A stretch of DNA of 33,683 nucleotides, from positions 1 through 33,683 of the forward strand of contig DATLFO010000168.1 of NCBI GenBank assembly GCA_035541035.1. The letters run 5' to 3'. Position 1 is the stretch's first letter; the number at the start of each line of letters is the position of its first letter. The position numbers and the translations under genes are program-made. Below, one piece after another: positions 24,422 through 31,817 of this stretch. The DNA is from Actinomycetota bacterium. GTDB lineage: Bacteria > Actinomycetota > AC-67. The notes beneath the pieces are model-generated. The model was not told the origin of the DNA. It was given only the letters and a program-made list of their open reading frames with translations, and did not search any database.

Positions 24422-27289
24422 TCATGTGTACTCCACGTGAAGGGTCGCGGCCGCGCCGCGGCCGATGAAGATGTAGTTGGTGGCGGTCTGGTTCGACGAG
24501 AAGCGAAGCTTGAGCTGCGTGGTGCCCGTCTTGCTGATCGCGCCCAGGCCCGCGGACGAGAAGTTCGTCGACGAGGTCGTGCCGCCGGTCCACTTCACGA
24601 TGTTGGAAACGGCACTTTGGGTCGGCGCGGACGACCAGTCGCCGGTCTCGATCGTGCAGGCGCCGAAGCAGCCGTTCTTCACGTCGATCACCAGCGTGTT
24701 GCCGGCCGGGTTGGCCCAGGGATCCCCGGACGTCGAATTGAGCGTCACCGTGATCCACGCACGGGTGATCGTGGCGGTGTCGGGCAGCGAGGCGGTGTTG
24801 AACGACAGCACGGTGCGGTTGTAGAGCGCGTCGCTGCCGCGGCCGATCGCCAGCCCGTAGGTGGACTCGAGCGTGCCGACCGCTGCGCTGCCGCCGCTCG
24901 CGTTCGCCTTTACGTAGCCGTCGTTGGCGTCGTCGTTGCCGAACGTGACGCTGGTGGTGCCGCCGCCGCCGTTGCTGACCGTGACGGTGGTGTCGTCGTC
25001 GGTGCCGACGTTACCGGCCGCGTCCACGGCCTTGGCCATGATGCGATGCGATCCGTTCGGAACCGATCCGGTTGTCCACGTCAGTGCGTACGGCGAGGAG
25101 GTGTCGGTCCCAAGCAGCATGCCGTCCACGTAGAACTCGACCTTGACCACGCCCACGTTGTCGGAGGCGGTCGCGGTGATGTCCACCGCGCCGCTCACCG
25201 TCGCGCCGTTGGCGGGCGCGGTCACGTTCACCGTCGGGGCGGTAGTGTCGGCGGCCTGCTGCGGGTTGCCGATCTTGATGTCGTCGAGCCACGCCTTGCC
25301 CCAGGCTTCGATGCACACGTTCGAGTTCGCCGCGACCTCGAAGGCCAGCGTCACCGTCTGGTTGGCGAACGACGACAGCGACAGGTTCGCGCGCTCGGTC
25401 CAGTTCGAATCGACGTAGTTCGCGTAGGTGACGGCCTGCTGGTCCACGGTCGTGGTGTTGACCTTGACCTTGAACGAGGCGGTCGTCGAGGTGTTGATCA
25501 ACGCCTTCAGATCCAGCTTGCGCCAGTACGACAGCACTGGGTTGTTCGGCAGCGTCACCGAGCGCGACAGCGTCTGGGTCTTGTTGCCGGTCGCGCACGA
25601 CACGCCGCTGGATGCGTACCCGAACGCGCTGTTGCCGGCTGCGTTCGTGTGGTTCTCGGTGGACGAGACGTAGCCGCCGGCGGTCCAGCCGGTGGTGTCG
25701 TAGTAGTCGCCGTTGCCGTCGCGGTTGCTGAAGGTCTCGTCCAGCACCGCGACCGTTTGGCTGACCGTGACCGTCGTGTCGTTGTCGATGCCGACGTTGC
25801 CCTTCGCGTCGTAGGCCTTGGCCATCAGCGCGTGCGAGCCGTTGGATACGCTCGTGGTGTTCCACGGAATCGTCCACGGCCCCGCCGATCCGGCGGGTGT
25901 GCCCGTGCCGATCGACGCGCCGTCCACGAAAAACTCGACCTTGGTCACGCCGAAGTCGTCCGAGGCGGACGCGCTGATCGTGACCGTGCCCGACACCGTC
26001 GAGCCGTTGGTCGGAAACGTGATGTTGACCGTGGGCGGCGTGACGTCCTCGACCCCGCCGGTCACCGTAACCGTCACCTGCTGTGAGGCCGTGCTGTTTC
26101 CGGCCGCATCGTAGGCACGCGCAAGCAGCGTGTGGGTGCCGTTCGCGGCCGCGCTGGTATCCCAGGTCGCGCTCCACGGCGAGGCCGTGTCGGTGGCGAG
26201 CAGCGCGCCGTCCACCAAGAACTCGACCTTGGTCACGCCCACGTTGTCGCTGGCCGAGGCGTTGATCGTGATCACGCCGCTGACCGTGCCGCCCGTCGGC
26301 GAGGTGATCGAGACCGAGGGCGCCTGCGTGTCGCTGTTGTCCAGGCCGAAGAAGCGCGCCGTGAAGTAGGTCGAGCAGATGTTGACGTCCAACATGAACG
26401 CCCCTGCGGTGCCGCACTGGTCGGCCGCCGTGCCGGGATCGACCGGCGTGCCGTGGCCCATCGACGTGATCATGTAAGTCTCGACGACGCCGACGCCGGA
26501 TGCGTTGCGGTAGACCTTGTGCGGATAGCCCTTGACGGTGTCTTCAACGTCGGCGATCTGGTCGGTGCCGTGCACGTTCGTCCACTGCTCCATCGACTCG
26601 GTCGCGTTGACCGGGTGCACCGTCGTGTCGCTCGTTCCGTGCCAGATCGACACCTTCGGGTACGGGCCGGAATACGCCGAGTAGGCGCCGCGTACCAGGT
26701 CGCCCCACTGCGCCGGCGTCTTGTTCACGCCCGGGTTCATGCACGAAAAGCCCTGCGACAGTCCCGTCGCGCACTTGTACGGCACGCCCGCCACGATCGA
26801 GCCGCCCGCGAACACGTCCGGATAGGTTGCCAGCATCACCGCGGCCATCGCGCCGCCCGAGGACAGGCCCGATACGAAGATGCGTGCCGCGTCCGAGCCG
26901 TGGTCGGTCTTCATCTTGTCGGTCATCTGCTTGATCGACAGCGCCTCGCCCGCGCCGCGCGCGTAGTCGCCGGACTCGAACCAGTTGAAGCACGACGACG
27001 AGTTGTTGGACGACTGCTGCTGCGCGAAGACCAGCGCGAACTGCCACGCGTCCGCGTACTTCACCCAGCCCGACTCGTCGTCGTAGGAGGCGGCGGTCTG
27101 TGTGCAGCCGTGCAGCAGCACAACCAGCGGCTTGTTCGACGACAGGCCGGTGGGCACGTACTTGAACATCTTGAGGTTGCCGGGGTTGGTGCCGAAGCTC
27201 GTGACCTCGACCAGCGCCGCGGCCGGAGCGGTGCCCGGCGGCAGCAGCGTGAACAGGATCGCGAGCGCGGCCACCGCCGCCGTTCGCAT
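24422..27289 (-). CDS. Secreted multidomain esterase: PHB-depolymerase-family (LpqC-like) catalytic domain, two Ig-like domains, a beta-sandwich module, a third Ig-like domain and a C-terminal module (955 aa)
   Basis: Track ORF 24422..27580. I place the start at ATG 27289-27287 (MRTAAVAALAILFTLLPPGTAPAAA; an upstream GTG is possible). The catalytic domain has FGTNPGNLKMFKYVP, PLVVLLHGCTQ, SCFNWF, VSGLSSGGAMA and SMGHGTP, typical of the PHB-depolymerase-family esterases. Three ~93-aa repeats of the type PTVNIT.P.NG.TVSG.V.I.A.ASD..GV.KVEF.VDG resemble bacterial Ig-like (Big_7-type) domains. The C-terminal ~175 aa vaguely resemble a DNRLRE-type domain. Confidence 0.85.
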   Translation of the reverse strand: MRTAAVAALAILFTLLPPGTAPAAALVEVTSFGTNPGNLKMFKYVPTGLSSNKPLVVLLHGCTQTAASYDDESGWVKYADAWQFALVFAQQQSSNNSSSCFNWFESGDYARGAGEALSIKQMTDKMKTDHGSDAARIFVSGLSSGGAMAAVMLATYPDVFAGGSIVAGVPYKCATGLSQGFSCMNPGVNKTPAQWGDLVRGAYSAYSGPYPKVSIWHGTSDTTVHPVNATESMEQWTNVHGTDQIADVEDTVKGYPHKVYRNASGVGVVETYMITSMGHGTPVDPGTAADQCGTAGAFMLDVNICSTYFTARFFGLDNSDTQAPSVSITSPTGGTVSGVITINASASDNVGVTKVEFLVDGALLATDTASPWSATWDTSAAANGTHTLLARAYDAAGNSTASQQVTVTVTGGVEDVTPPTVNITFPTNGSTVSGTVTISASASDDFGVTKVEFFVDGASIGTGTPAGSAGPWTIPWNTTSVSNGSHALMAKAYDAKGNVGIDNDTTVTVSQTVAVLDETFSNRDGNGDYYDTTGWTAGGYVSSTENHTNAAGNSAFGYASSGVSCATGNKTQTLSRSVTLPNNPVLSYWRKLDLKALINTSTTASFKVKVNTTTVDQQAVTYANYVDSNWTERANLSLSSFANQTVTLAFEVAANSNVCIEAWGKAWLDDIKIGNPQQAADTTAPTVNVTAPANGATVSGAVDITATASDNVGVVKVEFYVDGMLLGTDTSSPYALTWTTGSVPNGSHRIMAKAVDAAGNVGTDDDTTVTVSNGGGGTTSVTFGNDDANDGYVKANASGGSAAVGTLESTYGLAIGRGSDALYNRTVLSFNTASLPDTATITRAWITVTLNSTSGDPWANPAGNTLVIDVKNGCFGACTIETGDWSSAPTQSAVSNIVKWTGGTTSSTNFSSAGLGAISKTGTTQLKLRFSSNQTATNYIFIGRGAAATLHVEYT
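24971..26332 (-). repeat. Three intragenic Ig-like domain repeats (26057-26332, 25757-26047, 24971-25249), the last separated by a ~165-aa unrelated module
   Basis: Coordinates are derived from residue positions 320-411, 415-511 and 681-773 of the esterase. The repeat is obvious at the protein level (ASASDNVGVTKVEFLVDG, ASASDDFGVTKVEFFVDG, ATASDNVGVVKVEFYVDG). Confidence 0.75.
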
Positions 27290-27400
27290 GCGTCGCCTGC
27301 GGGAAATGCGAAACTCGACGGGTGCCCTCACCTTGACCCCCAGTGCTCCCCAAGGTCCGCCGGCCGGTCGGGGAAGGGCTGGCGCCGGCGGTGTTCCAGA

Positions 27401-27431
27401 AGTAAAATATGAATCACCTGTCAGTTTTACT
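27401..27431. promoter_or_regulatory. AT-rich island with inverted repeat AGTAAAA-N17-TTTTACT in the divergent esterase/TetR intergenic region; candidate promoter or TetR operator
   Basis: Read directly: 27401-27407 is AGTAAAA and 27425-27431 is TTTTACT. The surrounding sequence (gaagtaaaatatgaatcacctgtcagttttactcgccggtaatgtaac) is the most AT-rich stretch in this part of the window. It lies 40-70 bp upstream of the TetR GTG (27471). Confidence 0.4.
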
Positions 27432-27470
27432 CGCCGGTAATGTAACGCTCGCCGGAAGGGAGAGTCAAGG

Positions 27471-28154
27471 GTGGCATTGGGCCGGGAAGCGGCAAAGGCG
27501 GTCGCGCGGAAAGCCGCGCCGGCCGGGCGCGCCGTCCAAAAGCCCGCCGCGGCCGCCGAGCCCGCCCGCCGGCTGACCAAGGGCGAGCGGACCCGCGCCC
27601 GCCTGGTGGCGGCCGCCGAGCAAGTTTTCGAGCAGGGCAGCTACGACGAGGCCAGCATCGTCGAGATCACCCGCCAGGCCGGGGTCAGCCAAGGGACCTT
27701 CTATCTGTACTTCCCGTCCAAGCTGGAGATCTTCCGCGAGGTCGTCCGGGATCTGAGCCATCAGCTGCGCAGCCACATCGCCCAGACGGTGGAGGGCGCG
27801 GCCACCCGAGCCGAAGTCGAACGCCAAGGCTTCGAAGCGTTCTTCGCCTTCGTGCAGCAGCACCCCGGCCTGTATCGGATCATCCGCCAAGCCGAGTTTG
27901 TGGACCGCGATATCTATCGGTACCACTACGAGCGTCTCGCCGAGGGGTATACCAGAGGCCTGCGCGCCGCCGTCAAAGCCGGGGAGTTCCGCGACGTCGA
28001 CGTCGAAGTCCTCGCCTACGCCCTGATGGGAATGGGCGAGCTGATCGGAGCCCGCTGGCTGCTCTGGGAAGACGAGCCCGGCGGCAAGGTTCCGGCCAAA
28101 GTCGTGGACGCACTCGTGGGGATCGTGCTCGAAGGCGTCAAGAAACCCAACTGA
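27471..28154 (+). CDS. TetR/AcrR-family transcriptional regulator (227 aa)
   Basis: GTG at 27471 is preceded by GGAAGGGAGAG. The HTH region is RARLVAAAEQVFEQGSYDEASIVEITRQAGVSQGTFYLYFPSKLEIF. The gene is divergent from the esterase gene. Confidence 0.9.
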   Translation: MALGREAAKAVARKAAPAGRAVQKPAAAAEPARRLTKGERTRARLVAAAEQVFEQGSYDEASIVEITRQAGVSQGTFYLYFPSKLEIFREVVRDLSHQLRSHIAQTVEGAATRAEVERQGFEAFFAFVQQHPGLYRIIRQAEFVDRDIYRYHYERLAEGYTRGLRAAVKAGEFRDVDVEVLAYALMGMGELIGARWLLWEDEPGGKVPAKVVDALVGIVLEGVKKPN

Positions 28155-28407
28155 TCTAGTCAGATAATGCGGCGCGTGCATTCAATAATTTGGCTGCGCA
28201 CCAGGGACCGGCTCGGCAGCCCGATGCCGTCCTTGCCGCATTCGCCGAACCGGACGCGCTTGTCGTGACCCAAGACGAGGCGACCTGCGAGCCCTTGCCG
28301 CGCCACGCGTGCGCATCGCCGTTGTCTAGCAGAATCCTTCGCTCCCAGAGGTTGGCGGCGGACGGGTGGACAATGGCACCCACGAGGCGTCGATACGGGG
28401 GAGTCCC

Positions 28408-28863
28408 ATGCTCTACAAAATCTTGCTGTTCGTGCACGTGACCGGCGTGGTGTTCTGGGTCGGGGCCGGCGGAGCGTTCCAGATCATGGCCGAGCGGGTC
28501 GCGAAGATGGATTCTTCGCGGGTCAAGGCGTTCATTCAAACGGGCTCGTTGGTGCCGTCGGCCTACTTCGGGATCCTGACCGCGGTCGTTCTGGTCTCGG
28601 GCGTGTGGATGGTGGTCGATTCAGGCATCGGGTTCGAGCAGCCGTTCGTGGTCGCGGGCGTCGTGGGCCTGATCGCATCGGGTGCGATCGGCGGAGCAGT
28701 GATGGGCAAGACCTCCGCCTCGCTCTACACGCTGGTCGCATCACCGAACTTCGACGAGAAGGTGATGAACGCGGGCGTGGCCAAGATGCGCACGTTCGGC
28801 CGCCTGGATCTGGCGATCATGCTGTTCGTCATCTACATGATGACGGTCAAGCCCGGGACCTAA
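28408..28863 (+). CDS. Small integral membrane protein (151 aa; DUF2269-like)
   Basis: ATG at 28408 is preceded by GGGGGAG (track ORF 28366..28863). The protein has four predicted hydrophobic helices and the N-terminus MLYKILLFVHVTGVVFWVGAGGAF. Confidence 0.65.
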   Translation: MLYKILLFVHVTGVVFWVGAGGAFQIMAERVAKMDSSRVKAFIQTGSLVPSAYFGILTAVVLVSGVWMVVDSGIGFEQPFVVAGVVGLIASGAIGGAVMGKTSASLYTLVASPNFDEKVMNAGVAKMRTFGRLDLAIMLFVIYMMTVKPGT

Positions 28864-28951
28864 GCCGCGGGCCGCACGATTTCGAACTGGGCCATCATCG
28901 CGGTGTCTTCGTGTTCGCCGATGTGACACCCCCTTTGCAGGGCTTGTTTGA

Positions 28952-28980
28952 GGGGCGTTGCCCCCGCTCGTTTTCCTTGC
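28952..28980 (+). terminator. Weak candidate intrinsic terminator
   Basis: GGGGC-GTT-GCCCC (28952-28964) followed by CGCTCGTTTTCCTTGC. The stem is short. It lies ~90 nt after the stop at 28863. Confidence 0.3.
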
Positions 28981-29097
28981 TTGTTGGACTCGCTGTCGGT
29001 GTCGTCGGGTTGAATGAGGAACCTTTCGGGTACTCCGATCCATAAGGCGGACGGCACCCCGTCGCGTTCCGCATTTCCCCGCACGCAAGGAGAAACC

Positions 29098-29547
29098 ATG
29101 TCCGAGATCAAGGAGTCGGTTGAAGTCGACGTTCCGGTGAACGTTGCTTACAACCAATGGACGCAATTCGAAGAGTTTCCGCAGTTCATGGAAGGCGTCG
29201 AAGAAGTCAGGCAGCTCTCCGACGACCGGCTGCACTGGAAGGCCGAGATCGCGGGTACCGAGCGTGAATGGGACGCTCGCATCACCGAGCAGGTGCCTGA
29301 CCAGCGGATCGCGTGGGTCAGCGAAGGCGGCGAAGCCAACGCGGGCGTCGTGACGTTCCACAAGATCGACGACAACACCACGCGCGTCATGCTGCAGCTC
29401 GACTACGAACCGCACGGCATGCTCGAGAAGGCCGGCGACATGATGGGCATGGTCAAGCACCGTGCCTCCGGCGACCTGAAGCGCTTCAAGGACTTCATCG
29501 AAGGACGCGGCCGCGAAACCGGCGCGTGGCGCGGCAACATCTCGTAG
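29098..29547 (+). CDS. SRPBCC-superfamily (cyclase/dehydrase-like) protein (149 aa)
   Basis: ATG at 29098 is preceded by AAGGAGAA (track ORF 29014..29547). VDVPVNVAYNQWTQFEEFPQFMEGVEEV...RIAWVSEGG fits the polyketide-cyclase/SRPBCC pattern. Confidence 0.75.
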   Translation: MSEIKESVEVDVPVNVAYNQWTQFEEFPQFMEGVEEVRQLSDDRLHWKAEIAGTEREWDARITEQVPDQRIAWVSEGGEANAGVVTFHKIDDNTTRVMLQLDYEPHGMLEKAGDMMGMVKHRASGDLKRFKDFIEGRGRETGAWRGNIS

Positions 29548-29579
29548 CCTGCCGCTCGCTTCGATGATGCGGCTCGGCG

Positions 29580-29885
29580 CTAGGCGTCGAAGCCGATTGC
29601 GGCGATGGGCGTGGCCAGTGACATGTCGGGGCGGCCGGCGGCCATCGGCATGAACTCGCCCATCGCCGCCATCATCGCGGGCGTCTGCCGGTGCGCGGCG
29701 ACGGCTTGCTCGTCGGCCATCACGGCGAAGAACCAGAACGTATCCCCTTCGCCGCGGTGATACGAGTACACCTCGACTCCCGGCTCGCCCTTTGCGGCCG
29801 CGACCATCTTCGCCAGCACCGGCTCGGCCTCGTCCGCCTTGCCCGGCAGCACCGTGATCTTTCCCACCATCGAAACCTTGCTCAT
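29580..29885 (-). CDS. Antibiotic-biosynthesis-monooxygenase (ABM) domain protein / putative quinol monooxygenase (101 aa)
   Basis: ATG at 29885-29883 is preceded by GAGGAGGA (track ORF 29580..29918). GKITVLPGKADEAEPVLAKMVAAAKGEPGVEVYSYHR...FWFFAVMADEQAVAAHRQTP is a typical ABM fold signature. Confidence 0.75.
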   Translation of the reverse strand: MSKVSMVGKITVLPGKADEAEPVLAKMVAAAKGEPGVEVYSYHRGEGDTFWFFAVMADEQAVAAHRQTPAMMAAMGEFMPMAAGRPDMSLATPIAAIGFDA

Positions 29886-29927
29886 CGCGTCCTCCTCGGA
29901 GTCGTTCGGCGCGCCCACGTTACACGG

Positions 29928-30215
29928 CTAGCCGAGCAGCAGACGCTTCGCGGCGGTGACCGCATCGGGTGAGCCGCCGACGGTGAATCCGCCGGGCTCG
30001 AACGAGAAGGTGAAAAACGGACAGCACCGCGATTCGAGGTCCGCGAGGCGGCGAGCTTCCGCATCGTCTCCCGGCTCGACGCGGATGTGAAGCCCGTCCG
30101 GTCGCATCTCGGCGCCGCGTGATCGCGCGACGAGCGCGCGCCACTCGGCCGCGCGCTCCTTCTGGCCGCTCGCGTCCAGCGAGCAGGCGATCAGCGGCAG
30201 CTCTTTCATCGGCAT
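29928..30215 (-). CDS. Small hypothetical protein with a conserved-looking Cys motif (95 aa; ...IACSL...ESRCCPFFTF...)
   Basis: Only the last 95 codons of track ORF 29928..31214 are taken (ATG 30215-30213, MPMKELPLIACSL), because the rest overlaps the genes at 30221..31767 in another frame. I cannot name a family. Confidence 0.5.
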   Translation of the reverse strand: MPMKELPLIACSLDASGQKERAAEWRALVARSRGAEMRPDGLHIRVEPGDDAEARRLADLESRCCPFFTFSFEPGGFTVGGSPDAVTAAKRLLLG

Positions 30216-30220
30216 CGAGC

Positions 30221-30616
30221 CTATCCCGCCAAGCGGGGGCGGCGCGCGTGAATACCGGCGAGGCCGAAGGCCGCGGCGCCGGCGATCTCGACGATCACGG
30301 CGAACCACGACAGCGCGTTCACTCCCACGGCTGAGGCGCCCACGAAGGCGTCGCTGAACGCGCTCCACCGCGGAAGCAGATGCACGGCCGCGATGCCGAT
30401 CGCCACCGGCAGCCCGGTCCACGCGGCCGCGGTGGAGCCGCGCCGGTCGCGCACCAAGACCAGCGCGATCGCGATGCCGCCCGCTACGGTCGAGATCGCG
30501 CCGATCATCTTCACCTGCGGCGTGATCACGTCGGCGCCGCGGCGAAGATGATCGGCGGTGTGCAGCGCGAGCCCCGCGGCGTAGAGCCAGGCGGCTGAGC
30601 GAAGACGGCCGTTCAT
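30221..30616 (-). CDS. Hypothetical integral membrane protein (131 aa, ~4 TM)
   Basis: ATG at 30616-30614 (MNGRLRSAAWLYAAGLALH) forms an ATGA overlap with the oxidoreductase stop. The protein has hydrophobic helices throughout. Confidence 0.6.
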   Translation of the reverse strand: MNGRLRSAAWLYAAGLALHTADHLRRGADVITPQVKMIGAISTVAGGIAIALVLVRDRRGSTAAAWTGLPVAIGIAAVHLLPRWSAFSDAFVGASAVGVNALSWFAVIVEIAGAAAFGLAGIHARRPRLAG

Positions 30617-31767
30617 CGCGGGCCTCCGGCGCGGGCGGCGGACGCCGCGACGCACGCGAGCCGCGCCGCCTCGATCGCCGAGGCGAACCCGACCTCGGAC
30701 AGCAGGCCCGGCGCCGCCACCTGATCGCCCGCGACGAAGATGCCCCCGCCACGGTCGATCGCGGGCCGGTCCTGCCAGGTCGTTCCGGGCAGGTCGAGCG
30801 CACCGGTCTTGCCGTCGCTGATATGCGATCGAGACCAGACGGCTCGCTCGCGCCAGCCCGGAAACGACGCGTCGAGCATCGCCTCCAGATGCGCGATGCC
30901 GTCCTCAAGGGGTATGCCCGGCTCGAGGCCGGCTTGGGCCTGCAGCAGCGACACACCCGGGGGAGCGAGGCTCGGGTCGGGCTTCGTGTAGCGCTCGATC
31001 CATCCGGGCCGGTCCAGGTTCCACACCAGGAACGGATCGCCGCGCCGGGACTCGAGCGCGACGTCGAGCAGCGCGCACCGCGCCGACTCCCACCGCAGGG
31101 TCTCGTCGCGCAGCAGATCGCAGGCGGCGTGCAGGCGCGTGGCCACGATGGAGACGGGCTCGACCTGATCGACGCGCACGCCGGTCTCGATGCGCACGCC
31201 GATCGATGTCGCATGACGCGCGAGCACGTCGATCAGCGAACCCCAGCCGCCGTGCACGTACTTGACGTGCCGCGCCGATACGGCGACGCGGCGAAGCTGC
31301 GTCCAGGCGAACGCGGCCGAAAGCCGTCCGGGATCGTGATCGAAGGTGACCACGCCTGCCGCCGCGCACAGCATCGCGGCCGTGCGCTCGTCGGTCTTCG
31401 CCGACAGCCAGGTCCGCAGATCCACGTCGGCCGGAGGCTCGGCCCTGCCGAGTCGCGTCATCGTCGTCACTGCCGCGGCCGGCAGCATCTTGCGCACCAC
31501 GCCGCCGGCGATGAAGCGAAAGCCGCTGAGCGCGGGGCCGGAGTGCGGCGGGGTCAGGTTCCGCTCCGCCAGCCAGCGCCACAGCGGGCCGTCGCCGTAG
31601 ATCACGTGCGGGCCGAAGTTTGCGCGATAGGGAGGGGCGGTCGTGCGCGCTCGTCCGCCGAGGCGGCGCTGCGCTTCCAGCAGTCGGACCGAGGCGCCCT
31701 TCTCGGCCGCGGCGATGGCCGCCACCAGCCCCGTGAGCCCTCCGCCGACGATCGTAATCTCGCTCAT
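30613..31767 (-). CDS. FAD/NAD(P)-binding oxidoreductase (amine-oxidase / phytoene-desaturase-like fold, 384 aa)
   Basis: Track ORF 30613..32115. I place the start at ATG 31767-31765, preceded by GGGAGG. The N-terminus is a dinucleotide-binding motif (MSEITIVGGGLTGLVAAIAAAEKGASVRLLEAQRRLGGR). The C-terminus has GGIFVAGDQV. Confidence 0.8.
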   Translation of the reverse strand: MSEITIVGGGLTGLVAAIAAAEKGASVRLLEAQRRLGGRARTTAPPYRANFGPHVIYGDGPLWRWLAERNLTPPHSGPALSGFRFIAGGVVRKMLPAAAVTTMTRLGRAEPPADVDLRTWLSAKTDERTAAMLCAAAGVVTFDHDPGRLSAAFAWTQLRRVAVSARHVKYVHGGWGSLIDVLARHATSIGVRIETGVRVDQVEPVSIVATRLHAACDLLRDETLRWESARCALLDVALESRRGDPFLVWNLDRPGWIERYTKPDPSLAPPGVSLLQAQAGLEPGIPLEDGIAHLEAMLDASFPGWRERAVWSRSHISDGKTGALDLPGTTWQDRPAIDRGGGIFVAGDQVAAPGLLSEVGFASAIEAARLACVAASAARAGGPR

Positions 31768-31799
31768 CCTCGCCTCCCGTGCCCGTCCTCTGCTAACAT

Positions 31800-31817
31800 A
31801 CATACATGACTGTACGT
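31800..31817. promoter_or_regulatory. Imperfect palindrome ACATACA-TGAC-TGTACGT in the 38-bp divergent intergenic region, overlapping the TetR start codon; candidate TetR operator
   Basis: Read directly. The arms match 6 of 7. The local sequence (ctaacatacatacatgactgtacgtttat) is strikingly AT-rich for this DNA. Confidence 0.4.

Noticed and set aside
28155-28407. A 253-bp gap after the TetR gene with track ORFs 28190..28441 (+) and 28156..28539 (-). I also looked for a riboswitch or small-RNA structure here and in 28864..29097.
   Set aside because: Neither ORF has a recognisable motif, an SD or a plausible composition, and both overlap the well-supported membrane-protein gene. I could not identify any known riboswitch consensus or convincing extended structure by eye. 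These regions are left as unexplained non-coding leaders.
29928-31214. The 428-aa track ORF on the minus strand.
   Set aside because: Most of it runs in an alternative frame across the membrane-protein and oxidoreductase genes and is Arg/Ser/Pro-rich. Only the last 95 codons (29928..30215) look like a real gene.
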